A DNA stretch of 64,000 bases, taken from positions 1-64,000 of the forward strand of contig CAWHTE010000011.1 in the NCBI GenBank assembly GCA_963832165.1, given 5' to 3'. How positions within the stretch are numbered: position 1 is the first letter of the stretch; each line of letters starts with the position of its first letter. The DNA comes from an uncultured delta proteobacterium (GTDB taxonomy: Bacteria > Myxococcota_A > UBA9160 > SMWR01). Below are positions 22,391 through 32,942 of the stretch, piece after piece. Under the pieces are notes generated by a model. That model made no database searches. It saw only the letters and a list, made by a program, of their open reading frames with translations, and was not told where the DNA came from. Made by a program: the position numbers and the translations under genes.

Positions 22391-23278
22391 CTACTGCCGC
22401 GCGGGAGCGAACGCCTCGAGCGCGTGCGTGTCGAAGCCCTGCAAGCCGTCGGGGCGGAACGGCTGGATGCACACGTGGTCGGCGCCCGCGTCGAAGTGGG
22501 CCTGGATGCGATCTCCGATCACCTTCTCGTCGCCCCAGGCCACGATCGCATCGACGAGCCGATCGCTGCCGCCGTTCGCGAAATCGCTGTCGCTGAACCC
22601 GAGCCACTTCAGGTTGTTCTGGTAGTTCGGGAGTCCGAGATAGATCTGGATGTTCTGGCGCGCGACCGCGCGTGCCTTCGTGGGGTCGGTCTCGAGCAGC
22701 ACCATCTGCTCCGGACACAGCCATGCGTCCTTGCCGAGGATCTCCCGCGCGCGCGCCGTGTGCTCGGGCGGAACGAAGTAGGGATGGGCGCCGCGCGCCG
22801 CATCGCGCGACAGCGCGAGCATGCGCGGGCGCAGCGCCGCGAGCACGACGGGCGCAGGCTGCGACGCGTGCCGGCCCACGTAGGTCGCGTTCTCCATCGC
22901 CTCGAGGTAGCTCTTCATCGTCTCGATCGGCTTCTGGTACGTGTGATGGCGCACGCCCGTGACGAGCCGCTCGTGTGACACGCCGAGCCCGAGCACGAAG
23001 CGCCCGTTCGATGCCTCGCCGAGCGTCTCGCGGATCGCACGCATCGAGATGGGATCGCGCGCGTAGATGTTGGCGATCCCGGTCGCGAGCACGAGCCGCT
23101 CGGTGCGCGCGGCGAGAAAGCCGATCATCGCGAACGGGTCGCGCCCCACCGCCTCGGGCAGCCAGAGCGCCCCGTAGCCCCACAGCTCGAGCTGGTTGGC
23201 GAAGTCGGCCGCCTCGGGCGCCGAGAGGTGATCGATCCACGTCCAGACCCCGAGCTTGCCGAGCTTGGCGATCTCCAT
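22391..23278 (-). CDS. LLM-class, probably F420-dependent oxidoreductase
   Basis: ATGIANIYARD, GRFVLGLGVSH, GAHPYFVPPEHT, AGADHVCIQ. Confidence 0.85.
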   Translation of the reverse strand: MEIAKLGKLGVWTWIDHLSAPEAADFANQLELWGYGALWLPEAVGRDPFAMIGFLAARTERLVLATGIANIYARDPISMRAIRETLGEASNGRFVLGLGVSHERLVTGVRHHTYQKPIETMKSYLEAMENATYVGRHASQPAPVVLAALRPRMLALSRDAARGAHPYFVPPEHTARAREILGKDAWLCPEQMVLLETDPTKARAVARQNIQIYLGLPNYQNNLKWLGFSDSDFANGGSDRLVDAIVAWGDEKVIGDRIQAHFDAGADHVCIQPFRPDGLQGFDTHALEAFAPARQ

Positions 23279-23349
23279 GGGGGCCTCCAGATGGGAGCGG
23301 CGCGTCCGAGGCAGGGTACACCCGAGTTGCGTACTCTGCGCCGGCAAGC

Positions 23350-23387
23350 GGCCGGAGGCCGCGCGCAGCGAGCCGAAGGCGAGCGGA
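23350..23387. repeat. Intergenic REP-like palindrome, family 2, copy 1
   Basis: CGCGCAGCGAG-CCGAAGG-CGAGCG; related copy in reverse at 31553-31597. Confidence 0.6.
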
Positions 23388-23397
23388 GATCGAACAG

Positions 23398-25563
23398 GTG
23401 GATATTCGAGGGAAGACTCTCTCCGAGCACGCCTCGAAGGCGCTGCTCCTGCAGTACGGCGTACCGATCGCGGCCGAGCGGCTCGTGCGCAGCGCGAGCG
23501 AGGCGCGCGCGGCGGCAGGCGAGATCGGGTTCCCCGTCGTCGTGAAGCTCTGCGGAGACGCAATCGCGCACAAGACCGAGCGCGATCTCGTTCGGCTCGG
23601 GCTGCGCGACGCCGACGCGGTGGCGAGCGCAGCCGAGGAGCTGCTCGCGAAGGCCCGGCCCGAGGACGGCGAGGTCGGGCTGCTCGTGGCCGAGCAGGTG
23701 CGCGGCTCGCGCGAGCTGATCGCGGGTCTCGTGCGCGATCCGCAGTTCGGTCCTTGCGTGATGCTGGGTGTAGGCGGCGTGCTCGCGGAGGCGCTGCGCG
23801 ACGTGGTGTTCGCGTCGGTACCGCTCGACGAGGCGTCCGCGCGCGCGCTGCCGGATCGCCTCGCCACGCGCGCGCTGCTCGGCGCGTTCCGCGGCGAGCC
23901 CGCGATCGATCGCGATGCGCTCGCGCGCGTCCTGCTGGGTCTCTCGCGCCTCGCGCTCGAGCGCAGCGACGTCGCGTCGGTCGACCTCAATCCCCTGATC
24001 GTGCGCGGCGGAATTCCGCTCGCGGTCGACGCGCTGGTCGAGCTCGAGAGCGACCCGGCGCCGGCGCCTCCTGCGCGCGCGCGGATCTCCGACGCCGAGG
24101 TGCTCGAGCGCTTCCGGCCGCTCTTCTACCCGCGCGGCATCATCGTGGCGGGCGCGTCGACACACCCGGGCAAGTTCGGCTTCGTCACGCTGCACAACCT
24201 GCGGCGCTTCGGCTACGCGGGGCAGATCTTCCCCGTGAATCGCGAGGGCGAGGAGGTGCTCGGCCAGCCGAGCTTCCGCACCGTCGACGAGATCCCGCAC
24301 GGCGCCGCCGACCTCGTGTTCGTGTGCACGCCCAACCAGGCGAACGTGGACCTCTTGCGCGCGTGTGCGAAGAAGGGCGTGCGCGCGGCGTTCGTCGCGA
24401 GCGGGGGCTACGGCGAGGCCGGTGAGTCGGGCCGCGCGCTCGAGCGCGAGCTCGTGGCCCTGGCGAACTCGCTCGGGATCGTGCTCGCGGGGCCGAACGG
24501 GCAGGGCGTGATCTCGACGCCGGTCTCGATGTGCGCGCAGATCGTCGCGCCGTATCCGCCGCCGGGCCGGATCTCGGTGGCGAGCCAGAGCGGCAATCTC
24601 GTCTCCTCGTTCCTGAACTACGCGGTCGCGTCCGGGGTCGGGATCAGCAAGGCGATCTCGTGCGGCAACTCGGCGCAGACCACGCTCGCCGACTACCTCG
24701 ACTACTTCGGTGCGGATCCCGAGACCGCGGTGGTGCTCTCCTATCTCGAGGGCGTCGCCGACGGCGCGCACTTCATCGACGCGCTGCGCGCGTTCACGGC
24801 GCGCAAGCCGCTCGTGTTCGTGAAGGGCGGCGTCGCGGCCGAGGGCAAACGCGCCGCCGCGAGCCACACCGGGTCGCTCGCGAGCGACGACAGCGTGTTC
24901 GACGGCATCTGCCAGCAGTGGGGCGCGGTGCGCGCTCCGTCGGTGGAAGAGGCCTACGAATGGGCCGCGACGTTCGCGACCCAGCCGCTGCCGCGCGGCC
25001 GGCGCGTCGTGGTGTTCACCACCGCGGGCGGCTGGGGCGTGCTCGCGGCCGACGCCTGCGCCGCCGCCGGGCTCGATCTGATTGCGCTGCCCGACGCCGT
25101 GCGCGAGAAGATCGACGGGCTCGTGCCCGCGCGCTGGAGCAAGAGCAACCCGATCGACCTCGCGGGCGGCGAGACGCGCGACACGATCCCCGAGGTGCTC
25201 GACATCATCTGCAGCCACCCCGACGTCGACGCGGTCATCCATCTCGGCATCGGCATCCAGGCCGCGAGCGCAAACGTGCTCAAGTCCGGCGAGTTCTACC
25301 CCGGATTCGGGCTCGAGCGCATCGTCTCCTACCACGAGCGCCAGGACCGCCGCTATGCGGAGGCCGCGCGCGAGGCGTCCGAGCGCCACGGCAAGCCCGT
25401 GCTCACGGCGACCGAGCTCGTGAACTGCGATCGCCACTACGGCAACAGCGGTCCGCTCGGCGTTCGCGAGGAGGGCCGGCTGTGCTATGCGAGCGCGCAC
25501 CGCGCGGTGCGGGCGCTTCGCGCGCTGGTCGACTACGCGGAGTATCGCGCGGCGCGCCGCTAG
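23398..25563 (+). CDS. ADP-forming acyl-CoA synthetase (acetate-CoA ligase family; ATP-grasp domain first, CoA-binding domain second)
   Basis: GFPVVVK..HKTE, DPQFGP, DLNPL, GPNGQG, SQSG, AAASHTGSLA, NPIDL. Confidence 0.9.
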   Translation: MDIRGKTLSEHASKALLLQYGVPIAAERLVRSASEARAAAGEIGFPVVVKLCGDAIAHKTERDLVRLGLRDADAVASAAEELLAKARPEDGEVGLLVAEQVRGSRELIAGLVRDPQFGPCVMLGVGGVLAEALRDVVFASVPLDEASARALPDRLATRALLGAFRGEPAIDRDALARVLLGLSRLALERSDVASVDLNPLIVRGGIPLAVDALVELESDPAPAPPARARISDAEVLERFRPLFYPRGIIVAGASTHPGKFGFVTLHNLRRFGYAGQIFPVNREGEEVLGQPSFRTVDEIPHGAADLVFVCTPNQANVDLLRACAKKGVRAAFVASGGYGEAGESGRALERELVALANSLGIVLAGPNGQGVISTPVSMCAQIVAPYPPPGRISVASQSGNLVSSFLNYAVASGVGISKAISCGNSAQTTLADYLDYFGADPETAVVLSYLEGVADGAHFIDALRAFTARKPLVFVKGGVAAEGKRAAASHTGSLASDDSVFDGICQQWGAVRAPSVEEAYEWAATFATQPLPRGRRVVVFTTAGGWGVLAADACAAAGLDLIALPDAVREKIDGLVPARWSKSNPIDLAGGETRDTIPEVLDIICSHPDVDAVIHLGIGIQAASANVLKSGEFYPGFGLERIVSYHERQDRRYAEAAREASERHGKPVLTATELVNCDRHYGNSGPLGVREEGRLCYASAHRAVRALRALVDYAEYRAARR

Positions 25564-25573
25564 ACTCGGTGAG

Positions 25574-26753
25574 ATGCCGCGCCGGACCACTCTTGCAATC
25601 GCCGCCCTGGCGGCAAGTGCCGCGCTCGCGCTCGGCGCCACGTGGCTGCTGCGCGGGCGCGATCCCGGCGCGTTCGTCACGGCGCCCGCCGCCCGCACCG
25701 ACCTCGTGCGCTCGATCTCGGCGACCGGCGCGGTAAACCCGGTCGTGACGGTGCAGGTCGGAACGTACGTGTCGGGTCCGATCCAGGAGATCACCTGCGA
25801 CTTCAACACGAAGGTCGTGGCCGGTCAGCGCTGCGCGCGGATCGACCCGCGGCCGTACCAGGTGGCGCTCGAACAGGCGCGCGCCAATCTGCTCGCGGCC
25901 GAGGCACAGCTCGTCAAGGACCGCGCCAGCCTCGGGTACGCGGAGCGCGTGCACGAGAGCAACGAGGGGCTGGTCGAGGACGGCGCCGTTTCGCAGCGCG
26001 AGACCGACAACAGCTTGAGCAACTACGATCAGGCGCGCGCGCAGATCCGCGTCGACGAGGCGACGATCGCGCAGCGCAAGGCCGCGCTGAGCGCCGCCCA
26101 GGTGAACCTGGACTACACCGAGATCAAGTCACCCGTCGACGGGATCGTCGTGTCGCGCAACGTGGACGTCGGTCAGACCGTCGCGGCGAGCTTCCAGACG
26201 CCGACCTTGTTCCTGATCGCGCGCGACCTGACCCAGATGCAGGTGAACGCGAGCGTGAGTGAAGCCGACGTCGGCGGCGTGAAGATCGGTCAGCAAGCGG
26301 AGTTCAGCGTGGAAGCGTTTCCAGGGCGGACCTTCACGGGGCGCGTCACCCAGCTGCGCCAGGCGCCGATCACGGTGCAGAACGTGGTCACGTACGACGT
26401 CGTGGTCGGCGTGCAGAACGACGACCTCGCTCTGCTGCCGGGAATGACCGCGAACGTGCGCATCGTGGCCGATGCCCGCACGGACGTGCTCGTCGTTCCG
26501 GTCCAGGCGCTGCGATTCGAACTGGACGGCGCCGCCGACGGAGACGGCGATCCCCGGCATCCCGACGCGAGACAGGTCTGGGTGATGCGCGGCGGCGCGC
26601 CTCGTCGCGGTGGCCGTGCAGGTCGGCATCGACGACGGGAAGTCGGTCGAGATCACCGGCGGCGAGCTGTCGGAAGGCGATATCGTGATCGTCGACCGCG
26701 CCGGCGAGTTCGAGCGCGGCAGCCAGCCGCGGCGCTCGCCCTTCGCGTTCTGA
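25574..26753 (+). CDS. MacA-like periplasmic adaptor subunit (frameshift ~26600)
   Basis: VQVGTYVSG, IKSPVDGIVVSRNVDVGQTVAASFQTPTLF, LLPGMTA; natural end VQVGIDDGKSVEI..PFAF-stop in a shifted frame. Confidence 0.88.
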
Positions 26754-26761
26754 GTCGCGCC

Positions 26762-28834
<2,073 letters not shown>

Positions 28835-28895
28835 TCCCCATCGCGGGCGGGCCGCGTGGTAGTCTGCAACCCCTTTCGTGCTGGAGGTCGATTCG

Positions 28896-29360
28896 ATGCG
28901 CCGCACATTCGCCGGACTCCTGCTGTCGATGATCGCGATCGCACAACCGTCGGCGGCGCAATCGGAGCCCCCGTCGCTCGCGCCGTGTCCCGACAAGCCG
29001 AACTGCGTGTCGAGCCTTGCTCCCGACGACGACCACCGCGTGGCGTCGTTCGCACTCGCGGAAGACTCCGCGGCCGCGTGGGCGAAGCTGCGCAACGCCG
29101 CGGCGGCGATGCCGCGCACCGCGATCGTCGAGGAGAAGCCGGGCTATCTGCACGCCGAGTGCACGAGCCGCATCTTCCGCTTCGTCGACGACCTCGAGCT
29201 CTTGCGCAGCGCGGACGGCGCTCGCGTCGACGTGCGCTCGGCCTCGCGCGTGGGCCATGGCGACATGGGCGTGAACCGCGAGCGCGTCGAGTCGCTGCGC
29301 GAAGCGGGGGTCGCGGCGGGCGCGATCGCGGGGACGGCGGGTGGAGCGCCTTCGAAGTGA
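28896..29360 (+). CDS. DUF1499 domain protein
   Basis: LAPCPDKPNCVSS, FRFVDDLE, RSASRVGHGDMGVNRERVE. Confidence 0.88.
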   Translation: MRRTFAGLLLSMIAIAQPSAAQSEPPSLAPCPDKPNCVSSLAPDDDHRVASFALAEDSAAAWAKLRNAAAAMPRTAIVEEKPGYLHAECTSRIFRFVDDLELLRSADGARVDVRSASRVGHGDMGVNRERVESLREAGVAAGAIAGTAGGAPSK

Positions 29361-29932
29361 CTCGCGGCGGGGTGTTGGCCGAGATCGCGCGGCACGCGCG
29401 TGCGCACCCCGAAGACGCGGACGTGGTCGCGCGCTTCGCGCAGCTGCTCGAGCAGACACCCGATCCGTTCTCGCGTGGCCAGTACCAGCCGGGACACCTG
29501 ACCTGCTCCGCGTGCGTGCTCGATTCCGCGCGCACGCGGGTGCTGCTGCTGCACCACGCGCGGCTCGGGCGCTGGCTGCAGCCGGGCGGCCACGCCGAGC
29601 CCGGCGACGCCACGCCGCTCGCGGGCGCGCTGCGCGAGCTGCTCGAGGAGTCGGGGATCGCGGAGCCCGCGCCGCTGCTCGGCCCCGGCGGCAGCGCGCT
29701 CGTCGATCTCGATGTGCACGAGATCCCCGCGCGCGGCGCGGAGCCGGCCCATCTGCACTACGACCTGCGCTACGGGTTCGTGGTCGAAGCGGAATCGGAG
29801 CTGCGCAAGAGCGCCGAGTCGACTGCGCTGCGCTGGGTCGCGATCGATCGACTCGACGAGCTCACCGACGAATTGAGCGTGACGCGTCTGGTGGCGCGCG
29901 CGCTCGCGGCCGCGCGAGGAGACGAGGCGTGA
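29357..29932 (+). CDS. NUDIX hydrolase
   Basis: GHLTCS, WLQPGGHAEPGD..ALRELLEESG Nudix box, HLHYDLRY. Confidence 0.88.
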   Translation: MTRGGVLAEIARHARAHPEDADVVARFAQLLEQTPDPFSRGQYQPGHLTCSACVLDSARTRVLLLHHARLGRWLQPGGHAEPGDATPLAGALRELLEESGIAEPAPLLGPGGSALVDLDVHEIPARGAEPAHLHYDLRYGFVVEAESELRKSAESTALRWVAIDRLDELTDELSVTRLVARALAAARGDEA

Positions 29933-30522
29933 AGCGATGCCACTGGGTGGGGTCCGAGCCGATCTACATCGAGTACCACGACCGCGAGTGGGGCGTACCG
30001 CTGCACGACGATCGCATGCTGTTCGAGTTCCTGGTGCTCGAGGGCGCGCAGGCCGGGCTTTCGTGGCTCACGATCCTGCGCAAGCGCGAGAACTACCGCG
30101 CGGCGTTCGCCGAATTCGATCCCGAGGCGGTCGCGCGCTTCAACCGGCGCAGCATCGAGCGCCTGCTGCGCAACGAGGGCATCGTGCGCAACCGCCAGAA
30201 GGTCGTGGCCGCGGTCTCCAACGCGCGCGCGTTCCTGGCCGTGCAGGAGGAGTTCGGGTCGTTCGATCGCTACGTCTGGCGTTTCGTCGACGGCAAGCCG
30301 CTCCAGGGCCGCTGGCGCACCACGCGAGACGTGCCCGCGAAGACGCGCGAGTCCGAGGCGATGTCGAAAGACATGATCCGGCGCGGCTTCCGCTTCGTGG
30401 GCCCGACGATCTGCTATGCGCACATGCAGGCGACCGGCATGGTCAACGATCACCAGCTCGACTGCTTCCGCTGCACCCCCGTTCGCAAGATGGGTACGAA
30501 GGTCAAGCGCGCAGCGCCTTGA
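29929..30522 (+). CDS. tag: DNA-3-methyladenine glycosylase I
   Basis: RCHW, YHDREWG, LEGAQAGLSW, GFRFVGPTICYAHMQATGMVNDH. Confidence 0.95.
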   Translation: MKRCHWVGSEPIYIEYHDREWGVPLHDDRMLFEFLVLEGAQAGLSWLTILRKRENYRAAFAEFDPEAVARFNRRSIERLLRNEGIVRNRQKVVAAVSNARAFLAVQEEFGSFDRYVWRFVDGKPLQGRWRTTRDVPAKTRESEAMSKDMIRRGFRFVGPTICYAHMQATGMVNDHQLDCFRCTPVRKMGTKVKRAAP

Positions 30523-30570
30523 CCGCCACCTCCACGCGCGCGCCGTACTCGGGATCCGGTCCGGTCCTGG

Positions 30571-30617
30571 ATAACTTCCAATGACTATTTATTGGAGATC
30601 TGATAACCATTGGTTCA
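30571..30617 (+). promoter_or_regulatory. AT-rich palindromic site, probable LysR/OxyR autoregulatory operator
   Basis: TCCAAT-N9-ATTGGA dyad and T-N11-A spacing in an AT-rich patch just before the oxyR start. Confidence 0.5.
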
Positions 30618-31508
30618 ATGGTCCAGACGCCCACGCTGCGCCAGCTCGAGTACCTCGTCGCGATCGCGGACCTCGGCAGCTTCCACCGCGCCGCGCGCGC
30701 GTGCGGTGTCTCGCAGCCGGGGCTCTCGGCGCAGATCCGCCAGCTCGAGGCGCTGCTCGACCTCCGCCTGCTCGAGCGCGACCGCCGCCGCGTGCTGCTC
30801 ACGCCCGCGGGCGAGGAGCTCGTGCGGCGCGCGCGCGCGGTGCTCGCGGAGGCGCGCGGCCTCGTCGAGACCGCGAGTGCGCTGCAGCGCCCGCTGTGCG
30901 GGACGCTGCGACTCGGCGTGATTCCGACCGTGGCGCCCTATCTGCTTCCGCGCGCGTTGCCGCGCGTGCGCCGCCGCCATCCCGAGCTGCGGTTGTGGCT
31001 GCGCGAGGCGCAGACGGGCGACCTCGTCAGCGCGCTCGAGCGCGGCGAGCTCGACGTGGTGCTGCTCGCGCTCGAGGCGCCGCTCGGCGATCTCGAGACA
31101 CGCGCGCTGTTCCGCGACCCGTTTCACGTCGCGCTGCCGGCCGGTCACCGCCTCGCGCGCCGGCGCCGCCTGCGCGAGCAGGACCTCGCCGGCGAGGCAG
31201 TGCTGCTGCTCGACGATGGCCACTGCCTGCGCGCGCAGGCACTCGCGGTGTGCCGCGAGGCCGGGGCCGAGGAGCAGAGCGATTTTCGCGCCACGAGCCT
31301 GGGCACACTGATCGAGATGGTGTGCGGTGGCGCGGGCGTGACGCTGCTTCCTGAGCTCGCGCTGCGCAGCGAGGCGCGGCGTTCGGGCCTGGCCGTGCTG
31401 CCGTTCGCGAAGCCGCAGCCGTACCGCACGATCGGGCTCGCGTGGCGACGCACCTCGGGCCGCGCGGCCGAGTTCGCGCTGCTGGCGGGGTCGCTCGCTC
31501 CCACCTAG
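30618..31508 (+). CDS. oxyR: Hydrogen peroxide-sensing LysR regulator OxyR
   Basis: LysR HTH; LGVIPTVAPYLLP; DDGHCLRAQALAVC keeps both redox cysteines nine residues apart; RATSLGTL. Confidence 0.85.
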   Translation: MVQTPTLRQLEYLVAIADLGSFHRAARACGVSQPGLSAQIRQLEALLDLRLLERDRRRVLLTPAGEELVRRARAVLAEARGLVETASALQRPLCGTLRLGVIPTVAPYLLPRALPRVRRRHPELRLWLREAQTGDLVSALERGELDVVLLALEAPLGDLETRALFRDPFHVALPAGHRLARRRRLREQDLAGEAVLLLDDGHCLRAQALAVCREAGAEEQSDFRATSLGTLIEMVCGGAGVTLLPELALRSEARRSGLAVLPFAKPQPYRTIGLAWRRTSGRAAEFALLAGSLAPT

Positions 31509-31552
31509 CCGGGCCTTCGCATTCGCTGATCGCTCGCGCTCGGGCCCCGGCC

Positions 31553-31597
31553 TTCGCTCGGCTTCGCCTCGCTGCGCGTCGGCCGACTTCGTCGGCC
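31553..31597. repeat. Intergenic REP-like palindrome, family 2, copy 2
   Basis: Reverse complement GGCCGACGAAGTCGGCC-GA-CGCGCAGCGAG-GCGAAGC-CGAGCG; lies between convergent genes. Confidence 0.6.
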
Positions 31598-31603
31598 TCC
31601 TTG

Positions 31604-31951
31604 CTAATTCGGGTCTTCGTAGAACACGTACGACGTCGAGTAGTCGCTGATCTCGAAGTAGATCTGGCGCGCGCCCGGATCCGGTACGCCGTCGAGGTTG
31701 GCGTCGAGCACGCCGTAGCCGAATCGGTACGGGCGCGACTCGTCGACCTTGGTGCCGGTCGCCGTCGTGAGCTTGTCGATCTTCATGAAGCGCTTCACGA
31801 GCTTGTCTCCCGCGTAGACCTCGAGGATGCCGTTGGTGCCGGTCCAATTGCGCACGGTGCGGCCGATCTCGTTCTGGGTCTCCTGGGTGCAGCCTGTGAG
31901 CGCTGCGGCGACGACGGACGAGCGTGGCGCGATGAGGTCGTTGCGGATCAT
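31604..31951 (-). CDS. Hypothetical lipoprotein
   Basis: GGAGGA RBS; lipobox-like ALTGC; clean codon usage. Confidence 0.7.
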   Translation of the reverse strand: MIRNDLIAPRSSVVAAALTGCTQETQNEIGRTVRNWTGTNGILEVYAGDKLVKRFMKIDKLTTATGTKVDESRPYRFGYGVLDANLDGVPDPGARQIYFEISDYSTSYVFYEDPN

Positions 31952-32018
31952 GGGATCCTCCTGAGGAAAGTGCGCGCGAAGCATGCCACAGCGGCGCGCG
32001 CGGCCTACATTCGGCGAC

Positions 32019-32873
32019 ATGGCGACATACCACGGGAGCTGTCTGTGCGGCGAGGTCGCGTACGAGATCGACGGCCCGCTCGAGCACGCACACCACTGCG
32101 ACTGCTCGTACTGCCGCAAGTTCCACGGGACGCCCTATGCGAGCTATGCGATGGCGCCGGTCGCGGGGCGTCGCTGGCTGCGCGGCGAGCGCAGCATCGC
32201 GCGCTACGAGTCGTCGCCGGGCTTCCACCGCTGCTTCTGCGCGCGCTGCGGCTCCGCGGTGCCCGGCGATCCGTTCGAGCAGTCGACGTTCGTCCCGCTC
32301 GGGAATCTCGACGGCGATCTGGGCGTGCGACCCGAGTTCCATATTTTCGCCGCGGCGCGTGCACCCTGGTACGACTTCCGCGACGGGCTGCCCGCGTTCG
32401 ACGGGTTCCCGCCCGGCATCGATGCGCCGATCGCCGCGGATCTCGCGCCGCGCGATCCGGCCGGCACGCCGCGCGGGAGCTGTCTGTGCGGCGCGGTCGC
32501 GTTCCGCCTCGAGGCGAAGCCGCGCGTCGCGCGGAACTGCCACTGCGGGCGTTGTCGCAAGGCGCGCGTCGCTCCGCACGCGACGAACATGGTCGTGCCG
32601 ATCGACGGCGTGCGCTTCACGCGCGGCGAGGGCGAGCTCGCGAGCTTCAAGATCCCCGAGGCGAAGTTCTACCGGCAGGTGTTCTGCTCGACGTGCGGAG
32701 GCAAGCTGCCGCGTCTGGACCCCGCTCGCGAGCTCGCGATCGTGCCGATGGGATCGCTCGACGACGATCCCGGCATCCGTCCGAGCCAGCACATCTGGGT
32801 CGGATCGATGGCGACCTGGGACGAGATCTCCGACGACCTGCCGCGCTACGACGAGGGTCCGCCGCCGGCGTAG
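32019..32873 (+). CDS. GFA (CENP-V-like) family protein with two tandem domains
   Basis: GSCLCG..HCDCSYCRK..FCARCG repeated as GSCLCG..NCHCGRCRK..FCSTCG. Confidence 0.9.
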   Translation: MATYHGSCLCGEVAYEIDGPLEHAHHCDCSYCRKFHGTPYASYAMAPVAGRRWLRGERSIARYESSPGFHRCFCARCGSAVPGDPFEQSTFVPLGNLDGDLGVRPEFHIFAAARAPWYDFRDGLPAFDGFPPGIDAPIAADLAPRDPAGTPRGSCLCGAVAFRLEAKPRVARNCHCGRCRKARVAPHATNMVVPIDGVRFTRGEGELASFKIPEAKFYRQVFCSTCGGKLPRLDPARELAIVPMGSLDDDPGIRPSQHIWVGSMATWDEISDDLPRYDEGPPPA

Positions 32874-32888
32874 CGGCTGGAACAACGA

Positions 32889-32928
32889 GGAAGGCGGGAT
32901 CCGCCTTCGGCTCCTCCCGCCCTACGAG
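32889..32928 (-). repeat. GTAG-type REP, family 1, copy 1
   Basis: Reverse complement CGTAGGGCGGGAGGAGCCGAAGGCGGATCCCGCCTTCC; near identical to 47916-47953. Confidence 0.8.
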
Positions 32929-32942
32929 TTATTGTCGGCGCC

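Noticed and set aside
31970..31990. Possible sigma54 promoter (TGGCATG, GG-N10-GC, minus strand) before the lipoprotein gene
   Set aside because: The -12 element is poor (CGCGC rather than TTGC) and GG-N10-GC is common at this GC content.
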